DNA from: Pseudomonadota bacterium
GTDB taxonomy: Bacteria; Pseudomonadota; Alphaproteobacteria; UBA6615
DNA: 44,368 bases
Direction: 5' to 3'
Assembly (NCBI GenBank): GCA_027618305.1
Contig: JAQCFD010000002.1
Location: forward strand, 1 to 44,368
Shown here piece by piece: positions 15,658 to 22,488 of this stretch. The position numbers and the translations under genes are program-made. The stretch's first letter is position 1; each line of letters starts with the position of its first letter. A model generated the notes under the pieces. The model was not told where the DNA came from, ran no database searches, and worked only from the letters and a program-made list of their open reading frames with translations.

Positions 15658-17195
15658 GCGGCACCCGCAGCACCGGGCGGCGGCTGGTCCTCGTTCTCGG
15701 GGATCAGCTCTCGCCCGATGTAGCAGCACTCGCCGCGGCCGATCCGTCCCGCGATGTTGTGCTGATGGCGGAGGTCCGCGACGAGACGACTTATGTCCGC
15801 CACCACAAGAAGAAGATCGCCCTGGTCCTCGCGGCCATGCGCCACTTCGCCAACGAACTCGCCGATGCGGGCTGGACCGTCGATTATGTGAAGTTGGACG
15901 ACCCGGAGAATACCGGCTCGCTGGCCGACGAGGTCGTTCGCGCGCTCGACCGCCACGATTACGATTCGCTGGTCGTTACAGAACCGGGAGAATGGCGCCT
16001 GCGCCAGGCCTTCGAGTCGCTTGCCGACCGTCTCGACGCGTCGCTCGAGATTCTCGAAGACGATCGCTTCGTCTGCAGCCATGCCGATTTCGAGCGATGG
16101 GCCGACGGCCGCACGGCATTGCGGATGGAAAACTTCTACCGGGAGATGCGGCGGCGCACGGGCCTGCTGATGGAGGGCGACGAGCCGGCGGGCGGGCGCT
16201 GGAACTATGATTCCGAGAACCGCAAGCCACCCGCGCCGGACCTCGATATCCCGCCGCCGCGTCGCGCGCGTCCGGACGATGTCACCCGGGAGGTCCTGGG
16301 CCTGGTGGCCGAGCGTTTTGACGATCATTTCGGTGATCTGGAGCCGTTCTGGTTTGCCGTCACCCGACTTAAGGCGGAGCAGGCGTTCACGCGCTTCGTC
16401 GACGAGCGTCTCGCCGCGTTCGGCGATTACCAGGACGCCATGCCGGCGGACGAGGCCTTCGTGTTCCATGGCGTGGTCGGTCTGCATCTCAATCTCGGGC
16501 TGCTCGACCCGCTGGCCGTCTGCCGCCGCGTCGAGGCGGCCTACCGCGACGGTGATGTTCCGCTGAATGCGGCAGAGGGCTTTATCCGCCAGATCATCGG
16601 CTGGCGCGAGTATGTGCGCGGCATCTACTGGCTGCAGGGCCCGGACTATGCGAACGAAAACTTCTTCGGCCACATCCGCGAGCTTCCGGACTTCTACTGG
16701 AGCGCTGACACGGATATGGCCTGCATCCGCGCCTGCGTGAGCCAGACCCGCGAAGAGGCCTATGCGCACCATATCCAGCGGCTGATGGTGACCGGCAATT
16801 TCGCGATGCTCGCCGGCGTGCGCCCGGCCGCGGTGCATGAATGGTACCTGGCGGTATATGCCGACGCTTATGAGTGGGTCGAGCTGCCCAACACGCTGGG
16901 CATGAGCCAGTTCGCCGATGGCGGGTTGCTGGCGTCCAAGCCCTACGCGGCGAGCGGCAACTACATCAACAAGATGTCCGACTATTGCGGGTCGTGTCGA
17001 TACGCTGTCACGCGCAAGACCGGGGAGGATGCCTGCCCCTTCAACTATCTCTACTGGGACTTCCTCGACCGCCATCGCGACAAGCTTGAGGATAATCACA
17101 GGCTCGGCCGCGCCTATGCGACATGGGACCGTTTCGATGACGACCGGCGCGCGGCGGTGCGTACCGACGCGGGGGCATTTCTCGCGGGTCTCTAG
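15654..17195 (+). CDS. phrB: Cryptochrome/photolyase-family protein of the FeS-BCP / prokaryotic (6-4) photolyase type (PhrB/CryB-like)
   Basis: LVLVLGDQLS... N-terminus, plus HHKKKIALVLAAMRHF, GGRWNYDSENR, IRQIIGWREYVRGIYW and HHIQRLMVTGNF blocks. Four Cys arranged C-x87-C-x2-C-x12-C (MAC...DYCGSCRYAVTRKTGEDAC) fit a [4Fe-4S] site. There is no ATG between the upstream stop and the conserved N-terminus, so I use TTG at 15654. Track ORF 15465.. is a 5' extension through the small-protein gene. Confidence 0.85.
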   Translation: MSGTRSTGRRLVLVLGDQLSPDVAALAAADPSRDVVLMAEVRDETTYVRHHKKKIALVLAAMRHFANELADAGWTVDYVKLDDPENTGSLADEVVRALDRHDYDSLVVTEPGEWRLRQAFESLADRLDASLEILEDDRFVCSHADFERWADGRTALRMENFYREMRRRTGLLMEGDEPAGGRWNYDSENRKPPAPDLDIPPPRRARPDDVTREVLGLVAERFDDHFGDLEPFWFAVTRLKAEQAFTRFVDERLAAFGDYQDAMPADEAFVFHGVVGLHLNLGLLDPLAVCRRVEAAYRDGDVPLNAAEGFIRQIIGWREYVRGIYWLQGPDYANENFFGHIRELPDFYWSADTDMACIRACVSQTREEAYAHHIQRLMVTGNFAMLAGVRPAAVHEWYLAVYADAYEWVELPNTLGMSQFADGGLLASKPYAASGNYINKMSDYCGSCRYAVTRKTGEDACPFNYLYWDFLDRHRDKLEDNHRLGRAYATWDRFDDDRRAAVRTDAGAFLAGL

Positions 17196-17231
17196 GGACC
17201 ACAGGGGAAGAAGGCGTATGGCGCGAATCAC

Positions 17232-17963
17232 ATGCTGAAAAGTTTCGGATCCGGTTTGAACGTTGCGGTGGCCGGTGCGACCGGCGGTATCGGGGCTGCG
17301 CTCTGCGCGCGGTTCGCGGAGATGCCATCGGTCGATCGTCTGTTCACGCTGTCCCGCGATCCCGGGCCGGAAGCCAGGGATCTGTATCTCGACCTGACTG
17401 ATGAGGCATCGATCGCCGCAGCAGGGGACACCATCCGGTCCCGCGCGGGCACGCTTCACCTGGTTATCGCGGCCACCGGTACCCTGCATGACGGTGGCGA
17501 TTTCCAGCCCGAGAAAAGCTGGCGCGCACTTGATCCGGAGAATCTTGCGCATGCGTTTCGCGTGAATGCGACAGGGCCAGCTCTCTTCGCCAAGCATTTT
17601 CTGCCGTTGCTGGCGCGAGACCGCAAGGCGGCGTTCGCCGCCCTGTCGGCCCGGGTGGGCAGCATTTCCGACAACGCGCTCGGGGGCTGGTACGCCTACC
17701 GCGCTTCCAAGGCGGCGCTCAACATGCTGATCCGCAGCCTGTCGATCGAGCTTGCGCGCCGCAGCCCGCAGGCGTTGTGCGTGGGCCTGCACCCCGGGAC
17801 GGTGGACACGCCGCTGTCGGTCCCGTTTCGTGGCGCGGTGCCGGATGGCCAACTGTTCTCGCCGGACCATGCCGCGGTCTGCCTGTTGGATGTGCTGGAC
17901 GGATTGAGCCCGTTGGATACAGGCGGTGTGTTCGACTGGGCCGGGCAGTCTGTTCCGGCCTGA
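17232..17963 (+). CDS. Short-chain dehydrogenase/reductase (C-factor-like SDR)
   Basis: VAGATGGIGAAL cofactor motif and YRASKAALN catalytic motif; 243 aa. Confidence 0.85.
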   Translation: MLKSFGSGLNVAVAGATGGIGAALCARFAEMPSVDRLFTLSRDPGPEARDLYLDLTDEASIAAAGDTIRSRAGTLHLVIAATGTLHDGGDFQPEKSWRALDPENLAHAFRVNATGPALFAKHFLPLLARDRKAAFAALSARVGSISDNALGGWYAYRASKAALNMLIRSLSIELARRSPQALCVGLHPGTVDTPLSVPFRGAVPDGQLFSPDHAAVCLLDVLDGLSPLDTGGVFDWAGQSVPA

Positions 17964-17982
17964 CCCTATTGCCGATTTGCGG

Positions 17983-18009
17983 CAATCCATTCGCCGCCGC
18001 GGCACGTAT
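17983..18009 (+). promoter_or_regulatory. Degenerate copy of the bipartite motif (CAATCC-N16-CGTAT) upstream of rpoH-like gene
   Basis: CAATCC at 17983-17988, 16-nt spacer, CGTAT at 18005-18009. Lies 38 nt before the ATG at 18047. Preceded by hairpin ATTGCCG-atttg-CGGCAAT (17968-17986) directly after the SDR stop. Confidence 0.3.
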
Positions 18010-18046
18010 TCAGTGTGCAGACCGTTCACGCACAGGGGGCCAGCAC

Positions 18047-18916
18047 ATGGACCGCACCGCCTTCAATACCGAAAGTATCGTTCGCGACGTATTCGCGGGA
18101 GACATCCTGTCGCGCGAGCGCGAGACCGAGCTCGCGCGCGCGTGGCGCGACGAGCGCAGCCAGGAAGCGCTGGATACGCTTGTGTCGGCATATCTCCGGC
18201 TTGTGGCCTCGATCGCCGGGAAGTATGCGCGGTACGGCTTGTCGAAGGACGATCTCGTCCAGGAAGGCACATACGGGCTGCTGCAGGCGGCACAGAAATT
18301 TGATCCCGAGCGTGGTTTCCGGTTCGGGACCTATGCGGGCTGGTGGGTTCGCGCCGCGATCCAGCGGCACATGCTCGACAATTGGTCGATTGTCCGGTTC
18401 GCCACGTCCCACAACCGCAAGAAGCTTTTCTTCGAACTGCGCAGCCTGCTCAAGCGGATCGATCAGGCCGGTGACCGCCCGTCGGACGCGTCGCTGGTCG
18501 ACACGGCGGCCGCCGAGCTGAATGTCGGGGCCCGCGATGTTGAGGCCCTGATGCCGATGCTCACGGGGCAGGATATGTCTCTCGATATGCCCATGGGGGA
18601 CGACGGAGACATGACTCTCCTCGAGCTGCTCGAAGACGAGGCGGTCGGAACGGAAGAATCGGTGACCATGGCGAACACGGCGCGCGCCCGATCGCGCTGG
18701 CTCAGCATGGCGCTGGATGACCTGCAGGACCGGGATGCCTATATCGTGCGCCGTCGCTATCTTGGCGCGGAGAAGGAAACCCTGTCGGCGATTGCGGACG
18801 ACCTCGGGGTGACCAAGGAGCGGGTGCGCCAGCTTGAGACCCGTGCCCTGGACCGGGTGCGCAGCTATCTGGAGGCAAATTTCCCCGGCGCGGTCGACGA
18901 TATTATCTCGCACTAG
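18047..18916 (+). CDS. rpoH: RNA polymerase sigma-32 (RpoH) family sigma factor
   Basis: Region 2 (DLVQEGTYGLLQAAQKFDPERGFRFGTYAGWWVRAAIQ), an RpoH-box-like NRKKLFFELRSL, and a region 4 HTH (ETLSAIADDLGVTKERVRQLETRAL). The ATG at 18047 gives 289 aa; the track start 17777 overlaps the SDR gene. Confidence 0.85.
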   Translation: MDRTAFNTESIVRDVFAGDILSRERETELARAWRDERSQEALDTLVSAYLRLVASIAGKYARYGLSKDDLVQEGTYGLLQAAQKFDPERGFRFGTYAGWWVRAAIQRHMLDNWSIVRFATSHNRKKLFFELRSLLKRIDQAGDRPSDASLVDTAAAELNVGARDVEALMPMLTGQDMSLDMPMGDDGDMTLLELLEDEAVGTEESVTMANTARARSRWLSMALDDLQDRDAYIVRRRYLGAEKETLSAIADDLGVTKERVRQLETRALDRVRSYLEANFPGAVDDIISH

Positions 18917-18972
18917 GCCCCTCGCCAGGTAGCACCCATGCCCGTAAACTTGTGCGGCGAGGGAGACGCCGC

Positions 18973-19737
18973 ATGCATGAGAAAACAGTAGATGTGCCGA
19001 CCGCTGACGGCATGATGGAAACCTTCATAACCCATCCCGAAGCGGGCGGGCCGTTCCCACCGGTGATCCTGTTCATGGACGTGTGGGGCATCCGCGAGCA
19101 GCTGCGCGACATAGCCCGGCAGATCGCCTGCGTCGGCTACGTTGCGGTGCTGCCGAACCTATACTACCGGATGGGGGGTGAGCACTTCGATTACCGCAAT
19201 CCGGACGGCACGACGGCGTCCCTGAAGGATCTGCCCGAAGCGCAGCAACAGAAAATCCTCGACTATCGAACCCACCTGTCCGACCCGATGGCAATCGCGG
19301 ATGTCGCGGCGCTGCTGGATTACCTGGGCAAGGATGCGGCGGTGCGACCGGGCCCGGCGGGGTCGATCGGATATTGTATGGGCGGCCGCCACGTGATCCG
19401 TGTCGCGGCGGCCTTCCCTGAGACATTCGTTGCCGGCGCCAGCCTGCATGGCACTCATCTTGTGACCGACGCCGGGGATTCGCCTCACCTGGACGCGCCA
19501 AGGGTGCGCGGCATGTATTACAGCGGCTTCGGAGAGAGGGACCATTACACGCCGCCGGAGACGATTGCGGCCGTCGAAACAGCATTTGCCGGACAGGGCT
19601 GCGCCTATACCCAGTTGGTCCACCCCGGTGCGGCACATGGCTATGCCATCTCCGATCGCGACGTGTATGACAAGCAGGCCGCCTACCGGGACTGGGCGCA
19701 CATCTTCGCGATGTATGACCGGATGCTGCGGGCCTGA
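18973..19737 (+). CDS. Dienelactone hydrolase family protein
   Basis: PVILFMDVWGIREQLRDIARQIACVGYVAVLPNLYYR and the Cys-nucleophile elbow GYCMGG are typical of DLH. SD GAGGGAG lies 8 nt before the ATG at 18973. Confidence 0.85.
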   Translation: MHEKTVDVPTADGMMETFITHPEAGGPFPPVILFMDVWGIREQLRDIARQIACVGYVAVLPNLYYRMGGEHFDYRNPDGTTASLKDLPEAQQQKILDYRTHLSDPMAIADVAALLDYLGKDAAVRPGPAGSIGYCMGGRHVIRVAAAFPETFVAGASLHGTHLVTDAGDSPHLDAPRVRGMYYSGFGERDHYTPPETIAAVETAFAGQGCAYTQLVHPGAAHGYAISDRDVYDKQAAYRDWAHIFAMYDRMLRA

Positions 19738-19746
19738 CCGGCGGCC

Positions 19747-20190
19747 CTACGGGCGGTGCATTTCGCGCTGGCGCATGGGCATGGCGTCGATGGTTGCGAA
19801 TAATTCATTTGCAGAAAACGCCGTCTTCGACCGCAATTTAACGCCACCATCCTTGCCGACCAGCAACGCCTGGGCCATATCTCGGGCGACCCGATAGCGC
19901 GCCCGCAGATCGTCGGCGCGGAGTCCCCGCGCGGTCTGCCCGTTGATCGAAACCCGATCGCCGATCACCTCGACCAGGATCATGTCCCGATCGCGGAACG
20001 CATAACCCTTCTCGTCCAGGACCGCCCGCTGCCCTGCGGCCAGCGGGTCGCCGGGCGTGGGGGTGAAGACAATCAGGGGTCGGCTTTTCCAGATATAATT
20101 ATCCATGGACGCCGTTCCGACCTCGCTCGGCGACATGTTGCCGGCGGCCGTCAGGCCGGCCATGAGCAGAAGGGGTTGCAGCAGACCCAT
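19747..20190 (-). CDS. DUF4174-family protein (probably exported)
   Basis: WKSRPLIVFTP...RDRDMILVEV...LVGKDGGVKLRSKTAFSANELFATIDAMPMRQREM matches my recollection of the DUF4174 pattern. Hydrophobic N-terminus. Confidence 0.65.
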   Translation of the reverse strand: MGLLQPLLLMAGLTAAGNMSPSEVGTASMDNYIWKSRPLIVFTPTPGDPLAAGQRAVLDEKGYAFRDRDMILVEVIGDRVSINGQTARGLRADDLRARYRVARDMAQALLVGKDGGVKLRSKTAFSANELFATIDAMPMRQREMHRP

Positions 20191-20199
20191 GCCGTCACG

Positions 20200-20748
20200 C
20201 TAGTCCGCATGCCGTTGGGCCTGGTGCAGGCGAACGAGGTTGGCGCGCGCGTTGCGATTGCCGTTGCGGATGGCCTCTTCGTACCAGTAGATCGCGAGGT
20301 CGACATCCGCGGGGACGCCGAGGCCTTTCTCATACATCGTGCCCAGATTGTTCTGCGCCTTGGCCTCGCCCTGTTCGGCGGCGGCGAGATACCAGAGATG
20401 GGCCAAGCCGTAATCCTGCGCGACCCCGAGACCATGCTGGTAGCTGTGCCCGACCGAGAGCTGCGCGCCGCGATGTCCCCGGATAGCCGCGAGATGGAAC
20501 CAGGCTGCTGCTGCGCCATGGTCCTGGGTGACGTTCTGACCCAGTGAATACATGACGGCGAGGCCGAACTGGGCGTGGGGGTCGCCGAGGACCGCGAGAT
20601 TCTCCCACTGGGCGAACGCCGCGGCGTAGTCCGCCCGGTTATAGGCCGACAGGCCGCGCTCGTAATCATCGGCGAAAGCAGGTGCCGCGGCGCCGAGCCA
20701 CATCGCGCACAGCGCGATGGCGGCGGATCTCAGCCAGGTCTGCAGCAT
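20200..20748 (-). CDS. Sel1-like (SLR/TPR) repeat protein with signal peptide
   Basis: Signal peptide MLQTWLRSAAIALCAMWLGAAAPAFA. Four repeats of the type GDPHAQFGLAVMYSLGQNVTQDHGAAAAWF / AQNNLGTMYEKGLGVPADVDLAIYWY. Confidence 0.85.
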   Translation of the reverse strand: MLQTWLRSAAIALCAMWLGAAAPAFADDYERGLSAYNRADYAAAFAQWENLAVLGDPHAQFGLAVMYSLGQNVTQDHGAAAAWFHLAAIRGHRGAQLSVGHSYQHGLGVAQDYGLAHLWYLAAAEQGEAKAQNNLGTMYEKGLGVPADVDLAIYWYEEAIRNGNRNARANLVRLHQAQRHAD

Positions 20749-20832
20749 GGTCTTGGCCCCCTCATAGACCGGGTGTGTCCCATGTTTCGTCCGCGCGCCG
20801 GTCTGACCGCGCGGTTTTGTGATGCACCATGG

Positions 20833-20859
20833 GTACGTCCGCCTGCGGGGATCGGATCA
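20833..20859 (-). promoter_or_regulatory. Candidate ECF-type promoter TGATCC-N16-CGTAC (copy 3, minus strand)
   Basis: The minus strand reads TGATCC (20859-20854), a 16-nt spacer, then CGTAC (20837-20833). It lies in the 127-nt gap between the DUF1993 and Sel1 genes, about 85 nt upstream of the Sel1 ATG at 20748. Confidence 0.45.
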
Positions 20860-20875
20860 GGCGGCGATGGGGCGC

Positions 20876-21412
20876 CTAACGCTGGCCCTTGAACTTGTCT
20901 TTCATGATGGCGCCCAGATAGTCGATCTTGCCGATGTCGACGCCCTCGTGGCGCAGGATGTCGTAGGCGGTGGTGACGTGGAAATAGAAATGCGCCTTGG
21001 CGAAATGGAGCAGATAGTCCTGCGCCGGCCAGCTCACCTCGCCCAGGCGCACCTTGACCGTGATCGGCCGGTCGGGGTTGCCCTCGAGTTGGTCGGGGTT
21101 GATCGCGTTGATGAAGTTACGCGACGCGGCAATGCGGGCACGGGCCCCGGCGATGCTGGTGTCGGGCTCGGTGGACAATGCCGGCGGTTCGATGCCGGCG
21201 AGCCGCGACATGGCCACAGCGGAATGTTCACAGGCGCGCTGGACCTGGCCCGCGAGTGTGAACATGTCCGGCGCCAGGCGGCGCTCCAACAGTTCGGACT
21301 CGTCGAGACCTTTTTCGGCAGCATAGGCGGCGCCTTGTTCGAGCACATAGTCGAGATTGGTGAGCATCTGGTCGTACACGGGCACGGAGATGCGGTGCAT
21401 GGAGAATGTCAT
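20876..21412 (-). CDS. DUF1993-family protein
   Basis: MTFSMHRISVPVYDQMLTNLDYVLEQGAAYA...HFYFHVTTAYDILRHEGVDIGKIDYLG is the DUF1993 pattern. I chose the start at 21412; the track start 21487 overlaps the upstream gene. Confidence 0.8.
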   Translation of the reverse strand: MTFSMHRISVPVYDQMLTNLDYVLEQGAAYAAEKGLDESELLERRLAPDMFTLAGQVQRACEHSAVAMSRLAGIEPPALSTEPDTSIAGARARIAASRNFINAINPDQLEGNPDRPITVKVRLGEVSWPAQDYLLHFAKAHFYFHVTTAYDILRHEGVDIGKIDYLGAIMKDKFKGQR

Positions 21413-21437
21413 GAAGGAGAATCCCGTTTGGGGTTGA

Positions 21438-22358
21438 TTAGTCGAAACTGAAGCCGATGGTGCGGCAGCGGAAATACAGCCCGCCATCCTGAATGACGAG
21501 AGACAGCATCGGCGTGTCGCCCTCGTTGTGATGCTCGTGAAGTTCGGCGGGCGGCGTGATCATCAGGGCATATTGATGCCAGTCGAGGCGGTTTCCCTCG
21601 ATCACCGAATACACATTGTCGGCCGCGATTGGCAGGGTGAGCGCGACCGAATTGTGCCGGTGGGGGCGCTGAACTCTGTGGGGGTCGAGGGTGTTCATGG
21701 CGAGCTTGATCGTTGGGTGGGCCGCGTCCGCATTCCCGTTGCGCTCGCTGGTCAGATGCAGGGCCCGGCCCGAGGCGTTGGGGTCGGCCGATTGGTCGGC
21801 GCGGACCCGGCCCATCTCGGCGAGGATCTCGGCCATCGGGTAGCGCACGGCGCGGGTGGGGGCCGTCTCCGGTGTGGGCGCCGCCAGCCCGTGAAAGGCG
21901 AGCTCGGGCTCGTTCGTCACCAGCAGCAGCACCGCGCCGGTGGGCCCACCATCGAGGCGGGTCTCGCTGCCGCCGGGCAGGGAGAACACGTCGCCGGACT
22001 GCCAGTCGAAGCTCTCGTCGCCCTTGGTCGCCCGACCGTCGCCGGAAATGACGAAATAGAACTCGCCGCTCGCACGGAAAGACCCGGTCAGGGCCTCACC
22101 GGCGGCAATCCGCGCGTAGCGGGCCAGCATGAGAGGTGTGGTCGCGGGCTCGTTGAGGCCGATTTGGGCGCCGATATCGAGGGATATCCAGCCGGTGGGC
22201 GTGCCGGGTGCCATGGCTTGGTCGCGCTGTGCGACGAACGCCATCTGCGGGATCGGCGGGCGCCCGACCTTGAAGATGTCCCCCAGGCTGTAGTAGCGCG
22301 CCCGCGCCACGACGCCTTCGTCCGCCGCCTGATCCGTGTTGCTGACCGTTCCGTCCAT
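21438..22358 (-). CDS. Bicupin protein, gentisate 1,2-dioxygenase-like
   Basis: Two cupin barrels. The C-terminal one has metal-ligand motifs PHRHNSVALT and PPAELHEHHNEG. SD GGGGAG lies 7 nt before the ATG at 22358; the track start 22646 is an extension. Confidence 0.65.
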   Translation of the reverse strand: MDGTVSNTDQAADEGVVARARYYSLGDIFKVGRPPIPQMAFVAQRDQAMAPGTPTGWISLDIGAQIGLNEPATTPLMLARYARIAAGEALTGSFRASGEFYFVISGDGRATKGDESFDWQSGDVFSLPGGSETRLDGGPTGAVLLLVTNEPELAFHGLAAPTPETAPTRAVRYPMAEILAEMGRVRADQSADPNASGRALHLTSERNGNADAAHPTIKLAMNTLDPHRVQRPHRHNSVALTLPIAADNVYSVIEGNRLDWHQYALMITPPAELHEHHNEGDTPMLSLVIQDGGLYFRCRTIGFSFD

Positions 22359-22488
22359 GATCCGACTCCCCTGTTTCGCGGCTAAGTCTAGTCCAACCGG
22401 GCGGGAGCACCAATCGGCTTGGCGCAACCCTCTTGACCGGGCGCGTTGCGCCGCCTTCACTAGGCGATACAGGGGACAAGGATAGAGC

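Noticed and set aside
15633-18029. 798-aa ORF on the minus strand. There are many similar long ORFs: 36346..38412 (-), 9681..10961 (-), 11354..12427 (-), 12649..13998 (-), 29817..31310 (+), 32856..34367 (+), 26956..28230 (+), 24076..24999 (+), 25879..26808 (+), 4006..4947 (+), 1669..2472 (+), 8656..9588 (-), 18026..18913 (-).
   Set aside because: Each lies antisense to a gene with clear family signatures (photolyase/SDR, GDH, TctC/TctA, oxidoreductase and others). Their translations are Arg/Gly/Ala/Pro/His-rich low-information sequence, typical of stop-codon-poor antisense frames in GC-rich DNA. None shows a recognisable motif or SD.
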